The translations under genes were made by a program, and so were the position numbers. From IMG/VR virus record IMGVR_UViG_3300028048_000085, positions 54,851-118,850 of that record: DNA of 64,000 bases, one strand, 5' to 3'. Below are positions 10,210 to 19,307 of this stretch, in pieces (position 1 is the stretch's first letter; every line of letters starts with the position of its first letter). This DNA comes from a virus (Duplodnaviria > Caudoviricetes). The notes below the pieces were generated by a model, which worked only from the letters and a program-made list of their open reading frames with translations, did not search any database and was not told the origin of the DNA.

Positions 10210-11037
10210 ATGAATGAAATTCAGAGCACAAATAATACGATGTTTCCAGATGAAAAGATCATTCAACCAGTAACATTCTTCGATAATAAGCGTCATACGA
10301 GTGAGCAGTTATCTGTTCTTCCTATGGAGATTATGCAGTCATTTAACAATCACATTGTAGAGGATGCTCCAAATGTTAGTGAATTAAGACATACCCATAT
10401 TGCAGCATTAGATGCAAATAATAAAGATATGTCAATAATGAGCACTGCACAAGTTATTCAGAATATCACATGGAACACATTCTTCTCAATGATCGATTAT
10501 AATGATCTTGCAAATACATTCCATGTGAATGCTGCAGCAGCATTAATTGGTGATATATGTAAAACATTCTATGAGTGTTTTGATTTAGGAGGATTACAAC
10601 AAATTATTCGCAGTGCATCTTATCCACCAACACCTATAATGATTCAGTTAGATGAAGAAAAATTCAAAGAATCAGTTCAGGAATATTGTAAATTTTGCAA
10701 ATATGTTTCTGAACAAATTACAGTGTTTTGCTTGTGCTCTATTTCGTATGCTGTTGATCGGGCAGCATCTAGTATCACATCAGATGGTTTGCTTGATATG
10801 GCTATGCAATTGTCTGAAAATTCACCTAAATCCGTAAATGAGATTATTTATGATTTAGATGGAAAACTTCGGTTATACTTTAAACCAATTATAGCCAATA
10901 TGCAGCCAATACTATTATCAAATATTGAGACCATAATTATTGACAATTTGCAGATGACACATCATACTGTATTTGGTGATATTTTTGATTTCAAGAACAA
11001 TGATACTCTTAGTGATAAAGCTAATCGTAAATTCTAA
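10210..11037 (+). CDS. Hypothetical protein
   Basis: 275-aa ORF with AAGGAGG RBS. Confidence 0.7.
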   Translation: MNEIQSTNNTMFPDEKIIQPVTFFDNKRHTSEQLSVLPMEIMQSFNNHIVEDAPNVSELRHTHIAALDANNKDMSIMSTAQVIQNITWNTFFSMIDYNDLANTFHVNAAAALIGDICKTFYECFDLGGLQQIIRSASYPPTPIMIQLDEEKFKESVQEYCKFCKYVSEQITVFCLCSISYAVDRAASSITSDGLLDMAMQLSENSPKSVNEIIYDLDGKLRLYFKPIIANMQPILLSNIETIIIDNLQMTHHTVFGDIFDFKNNDTLSDKANRKF

Positions 11038-11110
11038 AATAATCATATACTATATCTTTGATAGTAGTAGCAGACAACACACAGATTATCAAAGAAGGAG
11101 AGTTAATTAG

Positions 11111-12421
11111 ATGGCACTTCAACAAGTGGATTTCTACACGGGAGAACCTGTTACTGGTTCTCCCAACAATTCTCCTCCTGATGATGCAGCTCAAATGGCA
11201 TCGTTTGGTAAGTGGGACTATGATCCAAATTATCGCTCCCAGGTAATGATGAATCAGCAACCATGTTACCAACAGCCAATAATGCAGCAATTCCCAGGAG
11301 GATATGGTTATAATACAAACCCGAATCCAGGTCAAGGGTTTATGAATCCACCAGTCATTGGCTTGGGTTCTAATCCATATTATAACCAACAACAGACACC
11401 TTATCAACAAATGTTGCAACAGCAACAAGCATTACCATCAACAGTTGTCATACCAGCACTCAATCGAAATGGTCAGTATCTACCACCATTAGATATTGAA
11501 GAGCGTATTGATCAACTTGAGATTGATATTTGGAAATCTCAAGAAGAGCAAACAGCTAAGCAGAATGTTGACCGTATGATGAATGGTGGTGGTTATCAGT
11601 ATCCTTATATGAATAATGGTTTTAATTATTACGGAACCCCCTACTATAATCCATATTCATATAACCACGTAGATTCTCAATTCCAAACAGAAATTTCTAA
11701 GATTCAAGATCAAGCTAGAGAAGCACGTATTGAATTTGATACGCGTATATCAAAACTAGCTCACAAATTTGCAGGGGGCAATATTACAGATGCAGAGATC
11801 GAAGAACGATATCATGGTAAAGTGGTACCAGTTCCAGAATCAATGAAAGCATTGCTACCAGATATTGCAGAACAACAACGTTTAGATCGTCTTGTACCAT
11901 TTGACAATTCTGATTTCTATCGAAAACAGTATTATGATAGAAAAGCAATTGTTGATAGATTCATCGATCCTAATGCAGATGCTGATACTTGCTTTGAAAA
12001 CTTAGGACTTCTGATTGCTTATGACGAGATGGAAGAGGAAATGCACCGTCGTAGAGATGGTGGTAATTTGTATGATCATGATAGCAATTCGTATAAATAT
12101 TTCGTTAGGAAGAAGGCAGAAGAAAGATATGCGAGAGAGAAGGGTATCGACCCTTCAATATTACATGGCAAGGCATTGCCAGATCTAGATTTTAAACAGA
12201 TTAAACAGAATGCACTGAATAGTTTCAGTACATTAAAAGGAGCGACACTATCGGATGATGGTACGCTCAATATAACTTGCAACTTTGGTAAACATGCGGG
12301 GGACACATATAGTGTGCATAATACTAATGAGGCAGAGTATGATAGTAAACGGGAACGATTCTCCCAATTTATAGATTCAATACCTGGTTCTATATACGGG
12401 GGTAATCAATATGGACATTGA
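11111..12421 (+). CDS. Hypothetical protein with Q/N/Y/P-rich low-complexity N-terminus
   Basis: 436-aa ORF; QQPCYQQPIMQQ...YYNQQQTPYQQMLQQQQ. Confidence 0.75.
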   Translation: MALQQVDFYTGEPVTGSPNNSPPDDAAQMASFGKWDYDPNYRSQVMMNQQPCYQQPIMQQFPGGYGYNTNPNPGQGFMNPPVIGLGSNPYYNQQQTPYQQMLQQQQALPSTVVIPALNRNGQYLPPLDIEERIDQLEIDIWKSQEEQTAKQNVDRMMNGGGYQYPYMNNGFNYYGTPYYNPYSYNHVDSQFQTEISKIQDQAREARIEFDTRISKLAHKFAGGNITDAEIEERYHGKVVPVPESMKALLPDIAEQQRLDRLVPFDNSDFYRKQYYDRKAIVDRFIDPNADADTCFENLGLLIAYDEMEEEMHRRRDGGNLYDHDSNSYKYFVRKKAEERYAREKGIDPSILHGKALPDLDFKQIKQNALNSFSTLKGATLSDDGTLNITCNFGKHAGDTYSVHNTNEAEYDSKRERFSQFIDSIPGSIYGGNQYGH

Positions 12422-14360
12422 TAGAAATCGTTCTTTTATACTAGACAGAGTTAAGTCTAGGACTACTTCTATTGAAGAGTTTAACTTCGATCAATTAGCA
12501 GCACCTCCACTGAAATTACTACTATCATCTACAGATATTGGAGACTTGCATTATATCGCAACATCTGTAAAGTTGTCTGCAAAGCCTGAGCAGAAATATA
12601 AGTACATTGATGAAATTATGAAGCGAAGAGGTTTTGTAAAGTTTGGTGCTGGTACAAATCGTACAGTTTATCGCTTTTTAGAAGACCAGTCGTTCTTAGC
12701 AAAGATTGCATATGATTCTGTTGGTATGGGAGATAACCCAGCAGAGTTTCGCAATCAACAACTATTAAAACCATTTGTACCAAAGACATTTGAGATTGAT
12801 CCAAGTGGTGTAATAGCTTTAGCGGAGAGAGTGAATCCTATAACTTCTAGAGAAGAATTCTATTCTGTAGCAGATGATGTGTTTACATTAATTGATGAAT
12901 TTCTCGTCGGAGAATATGTGTTAGCAGATATTGGATCAAACTTCTTTATGAATTATGGAATTCGTAAGAACTTTGGTGTTGTTCTTTTAGATTATACATA
13001 TTGCTATCCATTAGATGGTAACAAGCTGTATTGTAATAAACCAGATCCTACTCAACCTTCTGGTAAATGTGAGGGTGAGATTGATTACGATGCGGGCTTC
13101 AATCATCTGTATTGCAAAAGATGTGGTGCAATGTATAAAGCAAAAGAACTCGCAGCAAAAGTAACAAAACAAGAAATCGTAAGGAAAAGACAAGGAGATA
13201 TTAAAATGAAAATTCGTGTAAAGGGTGGCTCAAAGAACTTAAATATGGAGAAGGATACATTCACAGGTGTTGCTAACACTCCAGCTAGACCAATCGTTAA
13301 GACAAATGTTAATAGTGTAAAAGCACCAGAGCCAGTTATTAAGAGAGCAGTGAATGGTATTGAGCCGGTTGAAGATGATAAGATTGCAGAGGTAGAAATG
13401 AAGGTTACTAATAGAATTGAAACACCTGTTGCTAGGAGCATCAATGATGATATTAGAGAAGCAGTTATGAAAGTTGCTGATAGCGATCCTATTAGTGATG
13501 ATGGTGAAAATGTTGAAGACAGCGTCTCAGTAACAGAACCTGTTGCAGAGAGCCCAAAAAAGGTTACTTCACCAATCAGCTTTGATGAAAGTCTCATGAA
13601 TGATGCTGCGAAAGCTGAATTAACAGATACTGATAGAATCTTGATGCTCATTGATAATATCAAGAATCTTGTTGATAATGTAACAGATGAAGGTGATCGC
13701 GAGATAATCGCTGGTAAGCTCGATGATTTGATTATTAAGAAGGATCTTGGATTCTATAATACTCCTGAGTTACGAGTTACCCATGGAATCGATGTTATTA
13801 ATGATAATATTGATAGTATTGAGGATGAAGCTGATAAGATCGAATTCTTAACAGACTGTGCAGTTAAGGAATTCATCGAGAAGAATTATACTATTACAGC
13901 AATTGGTGCTAGTATTAATGATCCTGAGAAGCCAAATTCACTCGAAGTTACAGCTGGTATGTTTGCTAATATTTCAGATTCTGAGGATCCAATTGTGACA
14001 TTTGATTTCACAATAGATATTCCGGAATCAGTGGCAACATTAGCAGAGAATGGTTCTGATAAGGCGCCATATGTTACACAGTATATGGCTTATAAAGAGA
14101 TCCTGAAGACAATTGATCCATTGTCAAACTCTGACAAGCGTGTATATGTTGTAAGAGATGAAGATGGTAATATTGTTGCTGATAAGAATGGATCTCTCTT
14201 GGTTATCAAGGCTCTTGATGACAATGATGTAGATGATGTGGATGTTGTACCATCTACATATATGAAGCAGCTTACATCTCATCATGAAGTTGAAGAAAAG
14301 CCAATTGCTCCGGGAGCATTACCAGCAGATGCTGCTGAGTATTCGGTAAACGGAAAGTAA
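12411..14360 (+). CDS. Protein-kinase-like protein with Zn finger and acidic C-terminal region
   Basis: FGAGTNRTVY (Gly loop), LAKIA (VAIK), NPAEF (alphaC Glu), ADIGSNFFMN (catalytic loop), VLLDY (DFG-like); C..C..CKRC. Confidence 0.65.
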   Translation: MDIDRNRSFILDRVKSRTTSIEEFNFDQLAAPPLKLLLSSTDIGDLHYIATSVKLSAKPEQKYKYIDEIMKRRGFVKFGAGTNRTVYRFLEDQSFLAKIAYDSVGMGDNPAEFRNQQLLKPFVPKTFEIDPSGVIALAERVNPITSREEFYSVADDVFTLIDEFLVGEYVLADIGSNFFMNYGIRKNFGVVLLDYTYCYPLDGNKLYCNKPDPTQPSGKCEGEIDYDAGFNHLYCKRCGAMYKAKELAAKVTKQEIVRKRQGDIKMKIRVKGGSKNLNMEKDTFTGVANTPARPIVKTNVNSVKAPEPVIKRAVNGIEPVEDDKIAEVEMKVTNRIETPVARSINDDIREAVMKVADSDPISDDGENVEDSVSVTEPVAESPKKVTSPISFDESLMNDAAKAELTDTDRILMLIDNIKNLVDNVTDEGDREIIAGKLDDLIIKKDLGFYNTPELRVTHGIDVINDNIDSIEDEADKIEFLTDCAVKEFIEKNYTITAIGASINDPEKPNSLEVTAGMFANISDSEDPIVTFDFTIDIPESVATLAENGSDKAPYVTQYMAYKEILKTIDPLSNSDKRVYVVRDEDGNIVADKNGSLLVIKALDDNDVDDVDVVPSTYMKQLTSHHEVEEKPIAPGALPADAAEYSVNGK

Positions 14361-14840
14361 TATAGTATGGTATAAGGTTAGTATAAATAACTATACTAAC
14401 CTTATATTATTAAGAAAGGATATTGCTAATGAGATCAGAAGAATTCTATTCTGTAGCAGATGATGTGTTTACATTAATCGATGAATTTCTCGTCGGAGAA
14501 TATGTGTTAGCAGATATTGGATCAAACTTCTTTATGAATTATGGTAACAAGCTGTATTGTAATAAACCAGATCCTACACAACCTTCTGGTAAATGTGAGG
14601 GTGAGATTGATTATGATGCAGGGTTTAATCATCTCTATTGTAAGAGATGTGGTGCAATGTATAAAGCAAAAGAACTCGCAGCAAAAGTAACAAAACAAGA
14701 AATAGTAAGGAAAAGACAAGGAGATATTAAAATGAGTATTCGGTAAACGGAAAGTAATATGGTATGGTATAAGGTTAGTATAAATAACTATACTAACCTT
14801 ATATTATTAAGAAAGGATATTGCTAATGACATCAGAAGAA
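14336..14840 (+). repeat. 108-nt direct repeats (14336-14443, 14733-14840) flanking a rearranged copy of kinase-gene segments
   Basis: The repeat copies differ at 2 positions; the interior matches 12851-12958 plus 13015-13209. Confidence 0.9.
14423..14746 (+). CDS. Chimeric mini-gene derived from the kinase gene (retains Zn finger)
   Basis: Protein identical to two internal stretches of 12411..14360 with a 20-aa in-frame deletion. Confidence 0.6.
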   Translation: MLMRSEEFYSVADDVFTLIDEFLVGEYVLADIGSNFFMNYGNKLYCNKPDPTQPSGKCEGEIDYDAGFNHLYCKRCGAMYKAKELAAKVTKQEIVRKRQGDIKMSIR

Positions 14841-15221
14841 ATAGAGTTGATTGTTCATAAAAGTCTAGAAGAACGTGGAATGCTAAATTACATTCCGCGA
14901 AATAAAAATGAGCAAGAGGTGTATAATCTTAGAATCCTTGATGCTGGCGGTGTTGTTAATCCAATCATTCGTGAACGTTATCAAGATATAAACAATAGAT
15001 TTGATTTATGCTTTCTAGCGAATGATTCCCGGTGGACTGTATTGGTAGAAGATTCTCAATCTAGTGATCCTGATGAATCACCTATCAAATCTATCACGAT
15101 TTATGATGATAATGATCTACCAGCTGAAGAGAATTTCGAACTAGCCCTTGATTATTGTAGAAGTATATATGGTGAATTGCATCGAGTTGCAGATTCTCCA
15201 GTATTCTTTAAGAAGGAGTAA
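14820..15221 (+). CDS. Hypothetical protein
   Basis: 133-aa ORF. Confidence 0.7.
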   Translation: MLMTSEEIELIVHKSLEERGMLNYIPRNKNEQEVYNLRILDAGGVVNPIIRERYQDINNRFDLCFLANDSRWTVLVEDSQSSDPDESPIKSITIYDDNDLPAEENFELALDYCRSIYGELHRVADSPVFFKKE

Positions 15222-15224
15222 GTT

Positions 15225-15881
15225 ATGTTACGAGGTACAATCTATTTAACGAATAATCCAAATATAATATATCAAGCAGATTTACGCACAACAAAGATTA
15301 TTAATATGGATGAAGATGGTATCTTGCAGGAGAACAAAAATATCTTAGGAGGAACATGTTTATTACCTCCTGTAGAAGCTAAGATAGCAGAAGCAGACGG
15401 CAATGAACAATTGTACGATATGAGTTACCACAATCATTTGTTGGAACCATATCAGCAGTTCTTCATTGCTGCTATCATAGCTGCGTTGTACAAAGGTGCT
15501 AATCTTCTTATCTTTTTTGATGAGATAGGATATACGAATACAACAAAGAAGTTCGTAGAACAGATGTACATCATTTATGGTATACACATCGGTATTATCG
15601 GTGAGCAAGATCCAGCATTAGCTAATTGCTATTATGATAATAAATGTATTCCTATATGGTTGAATCTGATCTATTCTGCAAAGATCATCGATGGATATGA
15701 ATTCTGCTTACAGTATCCACCAGATGCTGAGTTAACAAATCCACAAGTAATAAAAGATCTCATAGAAGAAATGAATCCTGTTGGTAATACACTTCAGGAA
15801 AAGTTCCATGAGTTAGATCGGTACAGGAAGGATTTACATTTGAATCCTAAAGTTATTATGCCGATATCTTCTATCGTATAA
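15225..15881 (+). CDS. Hypothetical protein
   Basis: 218-aa ORF with RBS; weak resemblance to next gene (LxPP...Y..LYxG..LLI). Confidence 0.7.
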   Translation: MLRGTIYLTNNPNIIYQADLRTTKIINMDEDGILQENKNILGGTCLLPPVEAKIAEADGNEQLYDMSYHNHLLEPYQQFFIAAIIAALYKGANLLIFFDEIGYTNTTKKFVEQMYIIYGIHIGIIGEQDPALANCYYDNKCIPIWLNLIYSAKIIDGYEFCLQYPPDAELTNPQVIKDLIEEMNPVGNTLQEKFHELDRYRKDLHLNPKVIMPISSIV

Positions 15882-15892
15882 GGGAGATTGTT

Positions 15893-16393
15893 ATGTTATT
15901 TTATGGTAACTCTAGTAATGTAGTTGGAGATATTGTTTACAATATCTCCTCTATGAATGAGAAATATTTTCGTTTAGCAACTCTACAACCACCAAACAAT
16001 ATTGGATATCTTACTGATCGTGATTTCGATATTGCTTATGCAAATTATATACTTCAGAATGATATCCCGTTCTATCAGTTCTTCATGATCATATATCCAT
16101 TATATATGGGAAAAGATGTATATCTTATATCTGGTGATGAAAATTGGAATGAGAATCTGATTGAATCGATTCTGAAACTGATTCAGCAGAGATATGGATA
16201 TGAAGGATTTCAGGTAACTTCACAAGAAGATTATCTATTCTTATCTTCCAGAACATCTGATTTCGATCCTGGATATGGATTGATTAATTTGGATCAAGAT
16301 AAGAATCGATTCTTCAATCTTGATATTATCATGAGAGAGCGATTTGGTACAAGTAGTGGATTTTGGAGTTATTCAAATGATGGAGAACTTTAA
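15893..16393 (+). CDS. Hypothetical protein (possible paralogue of 15225..15881)
   Basis: LQPP...FDIAYANYIL...LYMGKDVYLI...YGY. Confidence 0.7.
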   Translation: MLFYGNSSNVVGDIVYNISSMNEKYFRLATLQPPNNIGYLTDRDFDIAYANYILQNDIPFYQFFMIIYPLYMGKDVYLISGDENWNENLIESILKLIQQRYGYEGFQVTSQEDYLFLSSRTSDFDPGYGLINLDQDKNRFFNLDIIMRERFGTSSGFWSYSNDGEL

Positions 16394-17195
16394 AGGAATA
16401 TTAGACCGAATCGAATACTTTACGCCTATCAGATATACTTCTGGTAGGATCGTAGAGTATGATGGTAAGGCAGCAAACATTAATGCATTAAAACTAACAG
16501 GCAAGATTGACGATACAATGTACAATTATCTCAATAATTTGCCTAAGAGAGATCGAGAGATTTATATTGGTAAGCTGACTCGAACTTCTAGATCATATTA
16601 TGATGCCATACAGGATGGTATTATGAAATGTAAGATGGAATTGATTCGTCAGAATCATATAGAGCCTAGTCAAATCATTCGTATTGCGAATGATGCTGTC
16701 TATATCAATACACCATACGATCTAAAGCATACTTCATTTTTTGATAACCAATTTGAATTCAGAATAAAGAGTATATCAAATGTAGCAATGTATATCAGTG
16801 ACGAAGTTTCTATATTTGTATCATTTCTGCAGAATGATCAGATCAGTATTGATGTAAAAGGTATATCTGACGATCTATTACAGTTCCATCAAATGTATAT
16901 GTTGGGATTCTTGGCAAATTTAGTAAGATCCGTGGAGCGTTCTGGTATTGGTGCAGCTATCCAGTACTATAATCAATTCTATAAAGATTATATCAATTTA
17001 GATCTGCCTATTGGATTTTATCGAGAGTTTTCTAGTTCTTCTATGTATAGTCTAAAAGATGTTGATGATCTGTGGCATATGTCTTTAGGTGTTACTGTTC
17101 TACCGGAAGGAACTACTGTAGATATGATTGATATAAACTATAATCTTAATGTCTTGAGAAATATATGGACAATATTATTAGGATTATATCATTAG
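16344..17195 (+). CDS. Family-B DNA polymerase-like palm fragment
   Basis: IVEYDGKAAN (motif A-like), IRIANDAVYI (motif C-like), IDVKGI; no exonuclease domain; likely start ~16377. Confidence 0.45.
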   Translation: MVQVVDFGVIQMMENFKGILDRIEYFTPIRYTSGRIVEYDGKAANINALKLTGKIDDTMYNYLNNLPKRDREIYIGKLTRTSRSYYDAIQDGIMKCKMELIRQNHIEPSQIIRIANDAVYINTPYDLKHTSFFDNQFEFRIKSISNVAMYISDEVSIFVSFLQNDQISIDVKGISDDLLQFHQMYMLGFLANLVRSVERSGIGAAIQYYNQFYKDYINLDLPIGFYREFSSSSMYSLKDVDDLWHMSLGVTVLPEGTTVDMIDINYNLNVLRNIWTILLGLYH

Positions 17196-17210
17196 ATCGG
17201 AGATTTTTAC

Positions 17211-17579
17211 ATGGGTGAAATTATATTGTTTGATGTCTATGATCTAGATTCACGATTTAATCCATTTCGTAGACGTCAAATTAGAGAATTAGTAGACAAG
17301 ATGTTGGAAGATAATGGTTATGGGAAATGTAAAAAGAGCGTTATCAAGATGCAGATTGCTAATGGTTTGGAGCCTTCTGGTATTATAGGGATCGAAGATA
17401 TATACGTACTACTACAAGGCTACAACTTACCAGATGAATATTTCGTAGAAGTATATAACTACTTTAAAGGAAACTACAAGAACACGAGCCGATCTACTAG
17501 ATGGATAGTATTGCCAATCATATTTACCATATTGATTATCATGTATATCTTGTCAAAGATTGGAGGTAGTTTGTGTTAG
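17211..17579 (+). CDS. Hypothetical membrane protein
   Basis: C-terminal hydrophobic helix WIVLPIIFTILIIMYIL. Confidence 0.65.
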   Translation: MGEIILFDVYDLDSRFNPFRRRQIRELVDKMLEDNGYGKCKKSVIKMQIANGLEPSGIIGIEDIYVLLQGYNLPDEYFVEVYNYFKGNYKNTSRSTRWIVLPIIFTILIIMYILSKIGGSLC

Positions 17580-17941
17580 ACTTTAGAAGGGATAATAATA
17601 TTATCTATGCTGCACGATATTATAATTGTATGCGATTTCGTTCAAATAATGTAGACTACACCTTTTCTGAACTTAAGAATGATCTTAAGAATGCATCATA
17701 TGATGGTCCATTATCATCAATATATGATGGATCTTTAGTTATTCGTAATGGTGGATATGAGTTTAGTCCACACTTTAATATGAGTCATTACCAAAATAGG
17801 AATCTAACTGCTATACCATACAGATCTCATTGGAACAAGACAATGCACAGTGCGCAGCTTCGCGATTGGGATGATACACCACCAGACGAAGTTATTGATC
17901 GTATGAATGATATGGTTGAGTGTATAGTGAGTGGTCGTTAA
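17573..17941 (+). CDS. Hypothetical protein
   Basis: GTG start after GGAGG. Confidence 0.65.
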   Translation: MLDFRRDNNIIYAARYYNCMRFRSNNVDYTFSELKNDLKNASYDGPLSSIYDGSLVIRNGGYEFSPHFNMSHYQNRNLTAIPYRSHWNKTMHSAQLRDWDDTPPDEVIDRMNDMVECIVSGR

Positions 17942-17956
17942 CCGAGTCAAATAATA

Positions 17957-18002
17957 TCCCACATGCTAATCAAAGCATGTGGGAATTTTTATTTTTTTTG
18001 TT
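17957..18002. terminator. Terminator between convergent genes
   Basis: TCCCACATGC-TAATCAAA-GCATGTGGGA followed by T-runs. Confidence 0.75.
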
Positions 18003-18455
18003 TTAACTCATTAATTGAGAATTGTATGTATCTACAGCAACGATAGAGTATTCTGTCACACGATCATGTATAAATGCAATAAGGTCATCTGTATTCTGGA
18101 TCTGTCTTACAAGTTTGAATCTAAAAATCCAATATTCAGATACTTCTAATGTGATAAGTTTTGTAAGATCCCGGCGCATCTTATCTTGATCTTTACTGTT
18201 GATGTGTAGTACTTTTGATACTCTAAAGTTATAGATGATGTATCGATCAATATATTTGCGGAAGTATTTCTCAATCGATTCTTCTAATGCTTCTATATCG
18301 ATAGAAGCTAGCAATTCTTCAGACTTTAACTTATTAGATTTCTCCAATAGTTTATTTTTTTCAACCAAATACTCTGTTAATATTGATCGTGTAACAAGTC
18401 CTATAGTTACACAGATTGCAACAATGATTGATAGTGTATAAATATTAGTAACCAT
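18003..18455 (-). CDS. Hypothetical protein with N-terminal TM helix
   Basis: Start moved to MVTNIY (18455) after AAGGAG. Confidence 0.65.
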   Translation of the reverse strand: MVTNIYTLSIIVAICVTIGLVTRSILTEYLVEKNKLLEKSNKLKSEELLASIDIEALEESIEKYFRKYIDRYIIYNFRVSKVLHINSKDQDKMRRDLTKLITLEVSEYWIFRFKLVRQIQNTDDLIAFIHDRVTEYSIVAVDTYNSQLMS

Positions 18456-19218
18456 AATCAGAAAACGCTCCTTCCTCAGACTGTTGAAACTCTTGTTCAT
18501 ATGGTAATGCACCTAATTCACTAGGAGCCATACCACAATTCTCATTATAATATGCAAAATTCATAATCTGGTCAGCCATCTGAATATTGATAGTTGTTTG
18601 TAGTCCCTGCTGATATTTCTTGATATAGTTTAATACTTTATTTGCTATATCAAAGGTAATACCGTATCGATAGATATATAACAACTCCCACCATTTTCCA
18701 ATGGTCATCTCTGGAGGAATATATGATGATGCACCACCGGCTGTAAATATTTGATGTGCTGTTTTTGATAAGAATGTTACACCAACACGATTCTGTTGAT
18801 GTTCTTGTATTAACAGCTCTACAAGATCAAATGTTGTCAGTTTACCAATTGTCTTTAATACATGACCAGATATTAGAATACAGATATCAAATAATCCCAA
18901 TACATTATGATGTAATTCAACATCAGCGTCATCTACTGTAATATTACCAAAATATTGGCAACGATCTATACCGAGATATTCAATCAAATATGATTTATAA
19001 GCTTTGTATTCTTTGCTAGCTCTAAATCTTCTCTCAGCATTTTTCAAGAAACGATTATATGTGTCAATATCAACTAAAGATTCTGGCGTGAGGTAGAATA
19101 ACAAATCTGTCTCTGCATATGGTGATGATAATGTCGGATTATTCTCATCATATACTATGATGTCAGGATATTGGTTATCATCTAAATTGGTACTTAGTTC
19201 GTTCATAATATCACCCAT
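18445..19218 (-). CDS. HNH-like protein, paralogue of 40238..41041
   Basis: R.SKEYK.Y..YL...VELHH...VTFLSKTAHQIF; late-type promoter upstream at 19232-19245 (-). Confidence 0.6.
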   Translation of the reverse strand: MGDIMNELSTNLDDNQYPDIIVYDENNPTLSSPYAETDLLFYLTPESLVDIDTYNRFLKNAERRFRASKEYKAYKSYLIEYLGIDRCQYFGNITVDDADVELHHNVLGLFDICILISGHVLKTIGKLTTFDLVELLIQEHQQNRVGVTFLSKTAHQIFTAGGASSYIPPEMTIGKWWELLYIYRYGITFDIANKVLNYIKKYQQGLQTTINIQMADQIMNFAYYNENCGMAPSELGALPYEQEFQQSEEGAFSDYGY

Positions 19219-19262
19219 TTCTAGTTATTTCATTAATAAAAAGTTAATTTCGTCAATTTCTG

Positions 19263-19276
19263 CACATATAGTTAAT
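19263..19276 (+). promoter_or_regulatory. Late-type promoter motif (A/C)ACW-N6-TAAW (representative copy)
   Basis: CACA-TATAGT-TAAT; other copies at + 25120, 29540, 35270, 35971, 38274, 56121, 59118 and - 19232-19245, 41059-41072, 54231-54244. Confidence 0.7.
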
Positions 19277-19307
19277 ATGACTATCGTAGTTAGGAGGTGA
19301 ATTGTAG

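Noticed and set aside
17943-17965. Extra TIGR-like unit (CGAGTCA + 9 nt) after the 17941 stop; similar TGAATTA at 32401
   Set aside because: Single motif with no second repeat or periodicity; could be chance.
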